Source of the DNA: a virus
Lineage: Duplodnaviria; Caudoviricetes
DNA: 64,000 nucleotides
IMG/VR virus record: IMGVR_UViG_3300043388_000012
Coordinates: 18,210 to 82,209 of that record
Reading direction: 5' to 3' (one strand)
In this document: piece by piece, positions 9,529 through 19,228 of the stretch
How the letters are laid out: each line of letters begins with the position of its first letter
Numbering within the stretch: the first letter of the stretch is position 1
The notes under the pieces: model-generated
Database searches by the model: none
What the model saw: only the letters and a program-made list of their open reading frames with translations
What the model was told of the DNA's origin: nothing
Translations under genes and position numbers: made by a program

Positions 9529-9717
9529 CTCGCCGCTGACTGCGAGACTGCAGACCGCGGAGCTTGGAGCGATGCGGCATGGTATGTAGGGAGAGCCTGC
9601 ATCATCCGTCGGAGATTTTCGGTAGGTCTTCAAGGTGGCACGGGGCATGAAACACTGCTCGCTTCAAGCTGCGCGTTAGCTGGCTAGGTCTCCTGATCTT
9701 CAGGCAGGCTACTGATC

Positions 9718-10509
9718 ATGTCAGCACCGACAACGATCAACCCTGTCGAATGGGAGCGCATCGTAGCGGTATATGCGAAGCACGACGGCAGGCTTCATCA
9801 GACCGCGATGGAGCTCGGTTGGCCGATCGCTCGCACAACCCGCGTGTTCAAGCGCGGCTATCCATCGATTGGCTATCCGCCGATTCGAACCATCTTGGCT
9901 AAAGATGCGTTCTCGGCGAATGAGATCAGAGCTGAACGCCAGTTGATGGAAGGCAGTCTCCCGCCGTCAGCGGGCCCGCTCGACAAGCTACCGCAAGCGA
10001 CCGACCATGAACGCGCGGTTGTGATCTCCAGCGCCGAAGAGCTCCGCATCAAGGAGATGGTGCGGCGCGAAGAAGAGCGGGAGCGAGCGCGGAAGGACTC
10101 GCTCAAGAGTCGCTCTGAAGAAGCGACTCTCGTGCAGATCAATCGGCGCAACGCGATCGCGCTCAACCTGATGACTGCACAGGTGCTGCGCGGAGCTGGT
10201 CAGCTTAGCGGGAGCCTGCAGAAGCAGCTTGAGAAAGAAGCCACGAACGGCACGCTCAAGATGGGCGAGAAGCTGCAGCTTATTCGTGCGGCCGCATCTA
10301 TCGCGCGCTTCAACGCTGAAGCTTCGGTGATGGCAGTGAAGGCAGAGCGCATGGTCATGAACACGCCGATCGATGCTGGCCCTGACATACCGATCGAGAC
10401 TGATGGCGATGCTGTTGCGGATGCCGCTGTATGGATCGAGAAAGTTCAGAAGGCGATCCTGCGAGCACAACGCAGAGGCTTGATCACGGCGGCGAGCAAG
10501 AAGGGGTGA
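9718..10509 (+). CDS. Probable terminase small subunit / HTH protein
   Basis: N-terminal HTH-like segment plus coiled coil, just upstream of TerL. Confidence 0.55.
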   Translation: MSAPTTINPVEWERIVAVYAKHDGRLHQTAMELGWPIARTTRVFKRGYPSIGYPPIRTILAKDAFSANEIRAERQLMEGSLPPSAGPLDKLPQATDHERAVVISSAEELRIKEMVRREEERERARKDSLKSRSEEATLVQINRRNAIALNLMTAQVLRGAGQLSGSLQKQLEKEATNGTLKMGEKLQLIRAAASIARFNAEASVMAVKAERMVMNTPIDAGPDIPIETDGDAVADAAVWIEKVQKAILRAQRRGLITAASKKG

Positions 10510-10511
10510 TC

Positions 10512-10730
10512 ATGGAGTTGGTCGAGCGTGCTCGCGTGCGTGCGGATGGCGACAAGCCGACAGGGCATGTTGCATGGTCCGAGTATGCGACCGCGTATAA
10601 CATCCATGTTTGGAGACATGGCCACGTGCTTACAGCTCGCGAGTTCCTAGAGTCAGGCGGCTTCCGATACGGAGAGCTGCTCGACCTGCTCGGCTGTGAG
10701 CCAAAGACTTGGGAGCCTGTGTCGCTCTGA
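10512..10730 (+). CDS. Hypothetical protein
   Basis: TGATG overlap with TerL. Confidence 0.6.
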   Translation: MELVERARVRADGDKPTGHVAWSEYATAYNIHVWRHGHVLTAREFLESGGFRYGELLDLLGCEPKTWEPVSL

Positions 10731-13516
10731 TGCGTTACCGAGTGAAATGGGCGGCGACGATCGCGGCATCCACGCTCGCAGCGTCAACGACGCTAGCTAG
10801 TCCGGGTCATGATGTTCTAGCCAGTGAGGCGGCGAGCGAGAATGTAACCTCGAGGATACAAAAACCGCGGCTCCGAGTGCGTATCGTTCCGCCTCCTGTG
10901 CGGCCGCAGGAGCCGAGCAAGGAACCGAAGCCCCCGTTGCGCCTTGAGACGCCTCCCGGGTTTCCTGAGCCAGCTCCGGAGCCGGATGACGTCGAAGACG
11001 ACGGGGCAACCGATCAAGAGATTCAGATGGCTCTGCTGCACAAGGCGGCGGAGGCGAAGGCCAAGTATCACGAGCTCTGCCGCAACGACATAGACGCCTT
11101 CTGTGAGTACGTACTGAAAGACGTCGACGGCAAGGCGATCGAGCAGAACGCCTTTCACGAGCAGCTTCAGCGCGATCTGACAGTACACAGGCAGATCGTT
11201 GTCATCAGCCATCCTGAGAGCGGGAAGGCGCTGACGCTCGATACAGAGATTCCGACGCCAGACGGCTGGCGGACGATGGGATCGCTGAAGTGCGGCGATC
11301 GTGTGTTCGGAGGCGATGGCAAGCCGTGCTTAGTTACGTTTGCGACGCCTGTGCAGCTGGGTCGACGCGTGTTCGAAGTTGAGTTCGAAGATGGCTCGAT
11401 TCTCAAGGCGGATGCCGATCATCAATGGCATGTTCGCAAGCGGCAGGCGTTCGGCACTCGAGTTGTCACAACGCTCGACATGCAGCGCAAGCTCACGGAG
11501 TCAGACGGTCATTTTGTGTGGTCGGTACCGTGCACTGGAGCAGTGCAGTATGAGCGACACAGGTTGCTTGTTGACCCGTATGTGTTGGGAGCATGGCTCG
11601 GCGACGGCACTGCGAGCGATGCTTCGTTGACGTTCGGCGAGGCGGATAGCTTCGTTTGGGAAGAGTGCGTTGCACGAGTCGGCGGCAGAGCTCCGCGCGT
11701 GGATAGGCACAACGGGCATGTGAAGACCGGGACTCTCGGGTCAGGGTGGGGAGCGATCCGCGGTAGGTTGCGTCGCTTGCGAGTGCTGGATGACAAGCAT
11801 ATCCCGACCAACTATCTGACGGCTTCTGTGTACGATCGACGGGAGCTGCTAGCCGGCCTGCTCGATACTGACGGGAGCGTGAGTCGAGCAGCCGGAGGAA
11901 GCTCACGAGTCGAGCTCACGCTCTGCAACGGCAGGCTCGCGAGTGACTCACTCGAGTTGATTCGGTCGCTGGGTTTCCGCGCAACGATGAAGGAGTCCGA
12001 CTCCTGTTTGAACGGGCGCGTAGTCGGTCGGCGTTGGCGGATCTGTTTCACAGCGCGTGAGCCGGTGTTCCGGTTGCCACGGAAGCTCGCGAAGCAGCAG
12101 CTAGGCGGCTCGACTCGTACGAGTTGGAAGCATGTCGTTGCGATTCGCGAGATCGAGTCGGTCCCGGTTCGCTGCATTGCGGTCGATAGTGAGAACCGAA
12201 CGTATCTCGCTGGCCGGGCGTACACGGTCACGCACAACACCTCTCAGATAGCCGTTGGGCGCGTGTTGTTTGAGCTAGGGCGCAACCCGAACTTGCGCGT
12301 GATGCTGCTCTACAACGCGGAAGAAGCCGCGGTCAACACGCTCTCGACGATCAAGAAGTACATCGAAGACAGCGAAGAGCTGCATGCGGTCTTCCCCAAT
12401 CTCAGACGCGGGCAGATTTGGAAAGATGACGCGATCGTTGTTCAGCGCTCTGCCTACGATCGTAACCCGTCGATCGTTGCAGTCGGTTACAACAGCCGAC
12501 GCATCGGCGGTTCGCGCGTCGACTTCCTAGTCATCGATGACTTGCTCGACCAGACAGTCACGGCGAGCGAGATACAGCGCCGCAAGCTGTCGAGCTGGGT
12601 AAAGAGCACGGTCCTAACGCGTATCACTGCGCACGCAATGATCGCGTTTCTCACGAACGCTTGGCATCCGCGCGACCTCGCACACGAGTCGGTCAAGGAT
12701 CGCGGCTGGCATCTCATCAAGCGGCCGATCCGTAATCCGGATGGCGCGATCTCCTGGCATCTGTGGACTGAAGAGCGGCTCAAGCTCAAGCGCAAGGATC
12801 TCGGAGCTCTCGAGTACGCACGTTCGTTCGAGTGCGATCCGCGCGATGACTCTTCGCGTGTGTTCCGGCCTGAACACGTCGAGTATGCGCAGAAGAAGCG
12901 CGGAGCCGGTTACGGCTTCTTGCACTCGCTCGATATCATGCCCGATCGCTCGCTCGTTGTGACCGGCATCGACTTGGCGGCTGGCGACGACACGAAGAAG
13001 ATCGGTGCTCGCACTGCGATCGTCAGCGTGTTCTTCCATCCCAATCAGGATCGGCAGGTCGTGCGCATCCGCTCCGGTCGTTGGCGCGCGCGGCAGATTT
13101 TGGATGAAGTTGCGGCGGTCGGTCATCTCTTCCCGCGCAACCATTGGATCGTGGTCGAGAACAACGGTGTTCAGCGCTGGATTCTCGACCTGGCTAACGA
13201 GCATGACATGGACGTCGGCGTTGCTCTCGTGCCGTTCCGTACAGGCCGCAACAAGAGTGATCCTCGCTTCGGCGTGGCATCGATGGCGGCCGAGTACGAG
13301 GCTCGCCGTTGGATTTTGCCGGATGCCTGCGAGACCGAAGACGAGCAGAACGAAGTCGAGAGCGTCGTATCGCAGATGATCGATTATGTGCCGGAAGCGC
13401 ATACGGGCGATGCGCTAATGGCGAAGTGGTTCGCGCGCGAAGTCGGCAGGAAGATCTTCATGCGGTTCTTCGGACCCGGAGCTACTGGCGGTTCCATCGT
13501 GCGCGCGATCGGGTAG
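10730..13516 (+). CDS. terL: Terminase large subunit containing an intein
   Basis: Walker A PESGK/TSQ split by the intein; Walker B FLVIDD; nuclease GIDLA, VENNG, HTGDALMA. Start uncertain (10730 or 11027). Confidence 0.93.
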   Translation: MRYRVKWAATIAASTLAASTTLASPGHDVLASEAASENVTSRIQKPRLRVRIVPPPVRPQEPSKEPKPPLRLETPPGFPEPAPEPDDVEDDGATDQEIQMALLHKAAEAKAKYHELCRNDIDAFCEYVLKDVDGKAIEQNAFHEQLQRDLTVHRQIVVISHPESGKALTLDTEIPTPDGWRTMGSLKCGDRVFGGDGKPCLVTFATPVQLGRRVFEVEFEDGSILKADADHQWHVRKRQAFGTRVVTTLDMQRKLTESDGHFVWSVPCTGAVQYERHRLLVDPYVLGAWLGDGTASDASLTFGEADSFVWEECVARVGGRAPRVDRHNGHVKTGTLGSGWGAIRGRLRRLRVLDDKHIPTNYLTASVYDRRELLAGLLDTDGSVSRAAGGSSRVELTLCNGRLASDSLELIRSLGFRATMKESDSCLNGRVVGRRWRICFTAREPVFRLPRKLAKQQLGGSTRTSWKHVVAIREIESVPVRCIAVDSENRTYLAGRAYTVTHNTSQIAVGRVLFELGRNPNLRVMLLYNAEEAAVNTLSTIKKYIEDSEELHAVFPNLRRGQIWKDDAIVVQRSAYDRNPSIVAVGYNSRRIGGSRVDFLVIDDLLDQTVTASEIQRRKLSSWVKSTVLTRITAHAMIAFLTNAWHPRDLAHESVKDRGWHLIKRPIRNPDGAISWHLWTEERLKLKRKDLGALEYARSFECDPRDDSSRVFRPEHVEYAQKKRGAGYGFLHSLDIMPDRSLVVTGIDLAAGDDTKKIGARTAIVSVFFHPNQDRQVVRIRSGRWRARQILDEVAAVGHLFPRNHWIVVENNGVQRWILDLANEHDMDVGVALVPFRTGRNKSDPRFGVASMAAEYEARRWILPDACETEDEQNEVESVVSQMIDYVPEAHTGDALMAKWFAREVGRKIFMRFFGPGATGGSIVRAIG
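10843..10860. repeat. Motif B copy 2 (TGTAACCTCGAGGATACA)
   Basis: Exact reverse complement of copy 1. Confidence 0.9.
11228..12238 (+). mobile_element. Class 3 intein with LAGLIDADG homing endonuclease (337 aa)
   Basis: Starts with Ala (ALTLDTEIPTP), block B ADHQW, block F VRCIAV, ends VTHN with +1 Thr; LGAWLGDG and LAGLLDTDG motifs. Confidence 0.93.
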
Positions 13517-13526
13517 AGTTCGGCGC

Positions 13527-13982
13527 ATGCCCATCGTCGAATGCAACCATCTTCGAGTTGAGTTCTTCAGCGCAGCAGGACAACACGTCTGCAAGGATTG
13601 CGCTGCAACATGGCCAGAGCGACCTGCTCATGCCAGCTTAGGCAGAGGCGGCGAGCCCGGACGTTTTCCAGGCGAGCCGGCACAAACCGGGGGCGATGGA
13701 GTTGTCGTGTTGGAGCTGACTCCGTTCGAGCCCGATTGGGGTTCGCCTCCCGGAGCAACGATCGAAGACATCGTCAAAGAACGTCAGCTCAATCGGCAAG
13801 AAGTTGCGAAGCAGCTAGGCGTGTCGCGATACGTGTTCGAGCTTGTAGTCAAAGGCCGAGAACCGCTGACTGATGAGCTCGCTGAGAAGTTGGCGGAGAC
13901 GCTTGGCAGCACGGCTGAGTTTTGGAAGACAAGAGAGAAGCAGTATCGAGACAGTCTCTCCAGGCTCGCGAGCAAGCCGTGA
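13527..13982 (+). CDS. HigA/VapI-like HTH antidote-family protein with N-terminal Cys/His extension
   Basis: SPPGATIEDIVKERQLNRQEVAKQLG...LTDELAEKLAETLGSTAEFW. Confidence 0.8.
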   Translation: MPIVECNHLRVEFFSAAGQHVCKDCAATWPERPAHASLGRGGEPGRFPGEPAQTGGDGVVVLELTPFEPDWGSPPGATIEDIVKERQLNRQEVAKQLGVSRYVFELVVKGREPLTDELAEKLAETLGSTAEFWKTREKQYRDSLSRLASKP

Positions 13983-14140
13983 TCGATTGGTGCATGCAGA
14001 ACCCGTTTCTCACCTTCATCCTTGGATGGATCTTCATGGAGGGTTCTTTCAGTCTCGGTAACCGATGCGTCGATTCGTTCAACAAGGCGATGAAGCTGCA
14101 ACAGGGCAACAGAGATGACGATGAGGATTCGACAAAATGA
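13979..14140 (+). CDS. Small membrane protein
   Basis: One hydrophobic helix; GTGA overlap. Confidence 0.5.
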   Translation: MIDWCMQNPFLTFILGWIFMEGSFSLGNRCVDSFNKAMKLQQGNRDDDEDSTK

Positions 14141-14890
14141 CGGGCAACGCATCGATGCAGCGGCTCAAGCTCGACTTGACCATGTGTCCGCGGTTGATCC
14201 CGTATTTTGGTGCGAAGGCGTTCACGCTCATGTATCCGTCTCCGCAGCATGATGCGTTGATAGAGCCGTTCGCAGGCGGAGCCTCGTATGCGCTCCGTTA
14301 CCCTGACCGGAAGGTGATTCTTGTCGAGAAGTCCATCGCTGTGGCGCTACTTGATCGATGTCTCTGCGTTCGAGATCCGAAGCCTGCCGCTCGTCAGCGA
14401 TGTGGATGATCTCGGCAACGTTCCGCAGGAGGCTAAATGGCTCGTTGGATGGTGGCTTGACCCGACCACGTATAAGCCAGCCAAACGAGCTAGCGTTAGG
14501 TGGCATCATGCGCAGGCACTCCGGGAGGGCAATCATCCTCGATGGTATTGGGGAGCCGAGCGACGGGGCTTGATTGCTCGGTTAGTCGAGCGCATCAAGC
14601 ATTGGAAGATCGTCGAAGGCGGCTACGAGAGCTCGCCCAACATCGAAGCAACGTGGTTCGTTGATCCGCCGTATCAGGTCAAAGGCTCGACTTACGTGCA
14701 TGGCTCCAAAGACATCGACTACGAGCAGCTTGGCGGATGGTGTCGGGAGCGAGCTGGTCAAGTCGTTGTCTGCGAGAACATCGGCGCGGATTGGCTTCCG
14801 TTCAGGCGGCTCGGCAAGGAGACCGTACGCAAGGCAGTGAAGGGCAAGCTTCAACGCAACAGCGAAGTCTTCTGGACGAACTCGCTGTGA
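14137..14890 (+). pseudogene. DNA adenine methyltransferase split across two frames near 14330-14345
   Basis: PYFGAK and EPFAGG (SAM motif) in 14137..14409; DPPY catalytic motif in 14321..14890. Confidence 0.8.
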
Positions 14891-15093
14891 CTGAGCTCGA
14901 CCACGATCACTGTCCATACGACTGCGAGCATCCGCAGCCGTTCAGACGTGGCGATCAATCCTTCTGTGGGCGTTGCTGGTTTACCTGCGGCATCCTGACA
15001 CCAATGGCGCGTTGCACCCCTAAAACGTGCGGTATTGGTGTCCCGATTACGGAGAGCACACAATCAGATCCGCATGAGCGTCGAGACGGTTAG
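14887..15093 (+). CDS. Small Cys-rich protein
   Basis: CPYDCEHP...CGRCW...C...C; GTGA overlap. Confidence 0.5.
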   Translation: MTELDHDHCPYDCEHPQPFRRGDQSFCGRCWFTCGILTPMARCTPKTCGIGVPITESTQSDPHERRDG

Positions 15094-15847
15094 TACGTTT
15101 CCAGATCTAATTCCGTGCAGGGTCTTCGCAGACCTTCGGTCAACAGTCGCAGCGTCGATGCCGTATCTGAAGTGGAGATACAACGGCCTAGGCGTGCTGC
15201 AAGCCTACCTCGAGGAAGGTGAGAGTGAAGAGCTCCGCGTTCACGTCTGGCATCCAGACCTCGAGAAGCCGGGCATCCGCGACAGCGGCAAAATCCACGA
15301 TCATCGGTTCGACCTCCGCTCGACTGTGCTGCTCGGCTCGATCGGCCATGTTGAGTTCCGCCTGACTCCGCATCCGGAAGGCCAATGGGAGACGCATGAC
15401 GTCGTCAACGCTCGCAAGGCGATGGCGGATGAGAGCGTGTACAAGGCAGGCTTGTTCGACGGGCAGGTCGACTCACGCGGCGAGTACTTCCACGCGAAGA
15501 CGACTCCGTTCACGTTCCGAGAGCGGGACGTGTATCTCTACCCTCAAGGCTGCTTTCACGAGAGCTTCGTTCAGGACCTTTGCGTCACTCTCGTGCGCAA
15601 GATGAACCAACAAGAACGTAAGGCACGCATCCTCTCTCCGCGTGGCCATGTGGTGACTCACGCGTTCGCAGAGCCGATGCCGGAGGCGAAGTGGCGTCCG
15701 TTTCTCGAGCTGGCAACCGAGCGGCTTCGAGAAGCCGGCAAGGCGCGGCAACCACGGCGAGCGTCGATGCCGCCGACGATCGAGCTCCGGGACAACATCA
15801 GGCTGAAAGATATGACGGGGCAACCACCACAGGGGGGGCAGCAGTGA
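15074..15847 (+). CDS. Cupin/double-stranded beta-helix metalloprotein
   Basis: LRVHVWHP...IHDHRFDLRSTVLLG...FHES gives an HxH...H metal triad. Confidence 0.6.
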   Translation: MSVETVSTFPDLIPCRVFADLRSTVAASMPYLKWRYNGLGVLQAYLEEGESEELRVHVWHPDLEKPGIRDSGKIHDHRFDLRSTVLLGSIGHVEFRLTPHPEGQWETHDVVNARKAMADESVYKAGLFDGQVDSRGEYFHAKTTPFTFRERDVYLYPQGCFHESFVQDLCVTLVRKMNQQERKARILSPRGHVVTHAFAEPMPEAKWRPFLELATERLREAGKARQPRRASMPPTIELRDNIRLKDMTGQPPQGGQQ

Positions 15848-16143
15848 CCGCCGCCGTCAGTTGCATGCATAGTCTGCGTTCGCTGCTCTGGGTATGGCTG
15901 ATTTCACCAAAATGCACGGCCGTGCTCTTTGCGTCGCTGTCAGTGCTGCTAGTCGTGCTCTCCGTGTTGTTCGGTGCTTCGTGCAAGGTGAGTTACTGCG
16001 CCGTGAAGCCGGACGAATACGACGAGTTCATGACCGGATGTCTGCAGAACGTGGATAGAGGCGATGCCGTTGGGGAGTGCGGCAGGCGAGCTACCTTTTT
16101 AGGGTATGCGGCGCGTGTCGACGGAGAGTGCCCGGCTCGTTAG
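15844..16143 (+). CDS. Membrane/secreted hypothetical protein
   Basis: Long hydrophobic segment followed by Cys. Confidence 0.5.
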   Translation: MTAAVSCMHSLRSLLWVWLISPKCTAVLFASLSVLLVVLSVLFGASCKVSYCAVKPDEYDEFMTGCLQNVDRGDAVGECGRRATFLGYAARVDGECPAR

Positions 16144-16385
16144 CCGCAGTAGGCTCGGAGTCGACGTCGCACCGTGTTGCCGCAGACTCCGAGCTTCTCA
16201 GCGGCTTCGGGGATGGTGAGCCTCCCAGCGATCACTGCCTTGATGACGCGGTCACTGAGAGGCAGCGGAGGCCTTCCGCCTTCGGGCAAGCCTGCCTTCT
16301 TCCGCCGCCTTTGTTCAGCGGCGTTCGCCTTCCTGACGACAGCGCGGCACTTCTTGCAGAGCAGGTATTCGTACTTGATCGGCAT
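16140..16385 (-). CDS. Small Zn-ribbon plus HTH DNA-binding protein
   Basis: CKKC; LTIPEAAEKLGVCGNTVRRRL. Confidence 0.7.
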   Translation of the reverse strand: MPIKYEYLLCKKCRAVVRKANAAEQRRRKKAGLPEGGRPPLPLSDRVIKAVIAGRLTIPEAAEKLGVCGNTVRRRLRAYCG

Positions 16386-16442
16386 CGCTTGCCCGAGATA
16401 CTACGGCAGAACCGACCATGCTCAAGCTCCGCGTGAAATCCG

Positions 16443-16832
16443 ATGAATGACGAACAGAAGCTAAAGGACGTGACAGCGCGGCTGGAGCGCTCGATCGAAA
16501 CCGAAGTGAGGCTTCGACGGTCGGGGCGGAGTTGGTTCCGTTCGTTCATGGCCATGGCCGAAGGGGTCGGTATGGGCGGGCTCTGCCTGTGGGCGATCTT
16601 CGAGTGTCCGGAGAGCTCGCAAGGATATGTGTTACTCGGAGTGTGTAGCGCTTCGGTGATCGCGATGATGGTGAGCAAGTATTTTCAGGAACAGGCGATG
16701 AAGCAGCTGTGCATCGATCTCGAGCGTATGGGCAAACACGATCAAGTGATGATGGCGAAGTTCTTGGAGCGAATCGAGGCTCAACATGCGAATGGCGAAG
16801 CTGCGACGGCTCCACAGGAATCGACTTACTGA
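16443..16832 (+). CDS. Two-TM membrane protein
   Basis: Two hydrophobic helices. Confidence 0.6.
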   Translation: MNDEQKLKDVTARLERSIETEVRLRRSGRSWFRSFMAMAEGVGMGGLCLWAIFECPESSQGYVLLGVCSASVIAMMVSKYFQEQAMKQLCIDLERMGKHDQVMMAKFLERIEAQHANGEAATAPQESTY

Positions 16833-17113
16833 ACTGCTTTATGAGTGCTTCGTGCTCGTGAAGATAGTCGTGCGCATCTTGGCTCTGCATCTCAGCATAG
16901 CATCGCTCAACGGCCTGCTTTTGTTCCGCGGCCGTACCTGGCTCCAGCTGTTCGTGCTTTGCGTCATCACTGCGGCACTGTCGTTTTTCGTGTCCCGGAT
17001 GGCGTTGACGAGCAACTAGGATCCTTGTCAGGCAACGAGTAGCGGGCTCTGCTCTCCCGGTCGCTGGTGACGCGGGAGAGCGGTTCTTACTAAGATGCCG
17101 TAGTTTTGAGCGC

Positions 17114-17362
17114 ATGAGTCCGCGCCGTCAGAGTCATCTGTTGTTGAAGCGACTTCGCATCGCTCTCGAAGCACAACGAATGCACGTTGCCAGACTGCAG
17201 GAGCTGTTGAGCTTCAGCACGAACTTCAGTCAGGTCGAAGCGAAGGCGGTCGCGGATGCGGTCGCAGGCGTTACCGATGCAGCAGCCAAGATTGAAGAAG
17301 CGATCGAGCTGACAGATGAAACAACCGTTGTCGGCTTTCTCAGACGAAAGAAACCACCATGA
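17114..17362 (+). CDS. Hypothetical protein
   Basis: Operon tiling. Confidence 0.55.
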   Translation: MSPRRQSHLLLKRLRIALEAQRMHVARLQELLSFSTNFSQVEAKAVADAVAGVTDAAAKIEEAIELTDETTVVGFLRRKKPP

Positions 17363-17577
17363 GCGAGCAGGCGCGCGTCGAGTCACCGGGTTACAGCGTT
17401 GGTTATCCCGTCTCAGACGTAGCGATGATCGACAACGCGACGAAGGTCTTTGAAGCGCTCGAAGCGCTCCCATCAGACAAGGTCCGAGCCCGAGTGATTC
17501 TCTCGGCTATCGCGTACTACGTACCGGGAGCGTTCACGGCGAAGCAGATGGGAGCTTTGCTGGAGCAAGCGAAGTGA
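17359..17577 (+). CDS. Hypothetical protein
   Basis: ATGA overlap. Confidence 0.55.
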   Translation: MSEQARVESPGYSVGYPVSDVAMIDNATKVFEALEALPSDKVRARVILSAIAYYVPGAFTAKQMGALLEQAK

Positions 17578-17743
17578 GCCGGTCTCGCAGAGGCGGTTGT
17601 CGCTGCAGACGTGGGCATGGTTGCAAGTCGGAGCTTCCGCCGAACGTCAAACGCAACGAGCGGCGTGATAGTTCGCGGCGTGATGCACGAGAGGTGTTGC
17701 AGGTCTTCGATAACTGGCGGTTCAAAATCCCGAAGGAACTACG

Positions 17744-17944
17744 ATGACAAGAGATGAGGTCAAGCAGTGGCACGAAGCACATCCGTTCGGTGCTCGTGAT
17801 GAGGCGTACATGGATGGCTTGTTAGCTAACGTCAAGAAGCGTTGGCTAGAGCGTCCGCGTGAGCGGTTCGGACAGATGATCGTCAACACGACTTTTCTGC
17901 AACTGCTGTTTCAGCTGCTCGACGAAGATTGGTGTGACGAATGA
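17744..17944 (+). CDS. Hypothetical protein
   Basis: AAGGA RBS; ATGA overlap downstream. Confidence 0.55.
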   Translation: MTRDEVKQWHEAHPFGARDEAYMDGLLANVKKRWLERPRERFGQMIVNTTFLQLLFQLLDEDWCDE

Positions 17945-18387
17945 GAGTCCCATACGAGACGGCATCGAGCGGACAACGCGCACTAGCTGAGATCGAGAAG
18001 ACACTGCATCGTTTTGGCTGTCAGTCGTTTGGAGCCATGCAGGACTTCGAACGTAAGACGCTCATCATACAGTTCAAGTACCGCAACATGCAGATGCACG
18101 TTGAAGCTTCGATGTCAGGCTACGCGGCTCAGTGGCTCAAGGCGCATCCGTGGTCGAACCGCATGCGGCGAGCCAAGGTCGACCACGAACGCGAAGCGCT
18201 GCGAGTCGCGAGCTTCGCTGTGTATTCAATCTTGAGAGATTGGATCAAGGGGCAAGTGATGGCCATCGAGTCCGGGATCCTGACGTTCGAAGGCGCGTTT
18301 CTCGGCCAGATCATGCTGCAGAGCGGCGGCTCCGTTCTTCAGCACCTGCAGAAGCAGCAGTTGCTACCCACGGAGGCAAGCTCATGA
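17941..18387 (+). CDS. Conserved phage hypothetical protein
   Basis: YET..S...EIEKTL.RFGC..FG...DWIKGQ..AIESGIL.FE.AFL pattern. Confidence 0.7.
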   Translation: MRVPYETASSGQRALAEIEKTLHRFGCQSFGAMQDFERKTLIIQFKYRNMQMHVEASMSGYAAQWLKAHPWSNRMRRAKVDHEREALRVASFAVYSILRDWIKGQVMAIESGILTFEGAFLGQIMLQSGGSVLQHLQKQQLLPTEASS

Positions 18388-18596
18388 CGAAGAAGAAGAA
18401 ACGCACTCGAAAGCAGAGCTCGCCGTTCGTCATCCGGCTCGATGGTGAGTTGTTGCGCTTGGCAAATGCTGTGATGGATCTGGCGGAGGAAGCAGCCTGT
18501 ATGGTGATCACACGTTCGTCGGTTCTTCGAGCAGCAATGGGACGCGGACTCGGACAGATGCGGGATGAGTTGCTAGCAAAGGCGAAGAAGTCATGA
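18384..18596 (+). CDS. Ribbon-helix-helix-like small regulator
   Basis: FVIRLDGELL...ITRSSVLRAAM. Confidence 0.6.
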   Translation: MTKKKKRTRKQSSPFVIRLDGELLRLANAVMDLAEEAACMVITRSSVLRAAMGRGLGQMRDELLAKAKKS

Positions 18597-18796
18597 GCAA
18601 AGAGGATCGATGGTGGGCGACATTCAACGTGTCACTAGGTGGCCTTCGCGCTGGCACCAATGAACATTGGCTGACGAAAGTCGATGGAGAAAGCCGGGAG
18701 TACAAGTTTCGTGCTGGCGAGACAGAAGCGATCTACGGCATTGCAAAATCAGACGCGGACCGAGCACACGGCTCGCTCGTAGGCTCGGAAGATTGA
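18593..18796 (+). CDS. Hypothetical protein
   Basis: ATGA overlap. Confidence 0.55.
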   Translation: MSKEDRWWATFNVSLGGLRAGTNEHWLTKVDGESREYKFRAGETEAIYGIAKSDADRAHGSLVGSED

Positions 18797-18800
18797 ACCC

Positions 18801-19007
18801 ATGAAGGCAGGTAGCGATCAACGTTGGGTTTGTACCGCATGCGGCAAGTTCACGGAGCTCGGAGGGGATGCGCTCGATTTGCACGATACGTCATGCGTGC
18901 ACTATGCAGCGTTGTGCCACGGGACGCGTGAGCCGGGTCAGCCGTGGAAGGCAGTTCCTACAGATGCTGTCGCATGGCACGACGATAAAGGGGAGCCGAC
19001 AACATGA
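18801..19007 (+). CDS. Small Zn-finger protein
   Basis: CTACG...HD.SC...C. Confidence 0.55.
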   Translation: MKAGSDQRWVCTACGKFTELGGDALDLHDTSCVHYAALCHGTREPGQPWKAVPTDAVAWHDDKGEPTT

Positions 19008-19228
19008 ACACACGCGAGATTGCAGAGCAGGTCGCTGCTCTCTTGGACATTTGTTATGCACGCGCGCTCTACCTACGAGCGGTCGACTACGCGCACAAGT
19101 TGTCTACCGTCTCCGAAGAGCCTCGGTTGAATAGACTGTCTGATGCAGCCAACGTCGGCGCGCTCGCGAAGCGCAACGCTGCTTACGTGAAGGCGTTCAT
19201 ACGCGAGCTGCAGTCAGAGGCTAAATGA
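19004..19228 (+). CDS. Hypothetical protein
   Basis: ATGA overlap. Confidence 0.55.
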   Translation: MNTREIAEQVAALLDICYARALYLRAVDYAHKLSTVSEEPRLNRLSDAANVGALAKRNAAYVKAFIRELQSEAK

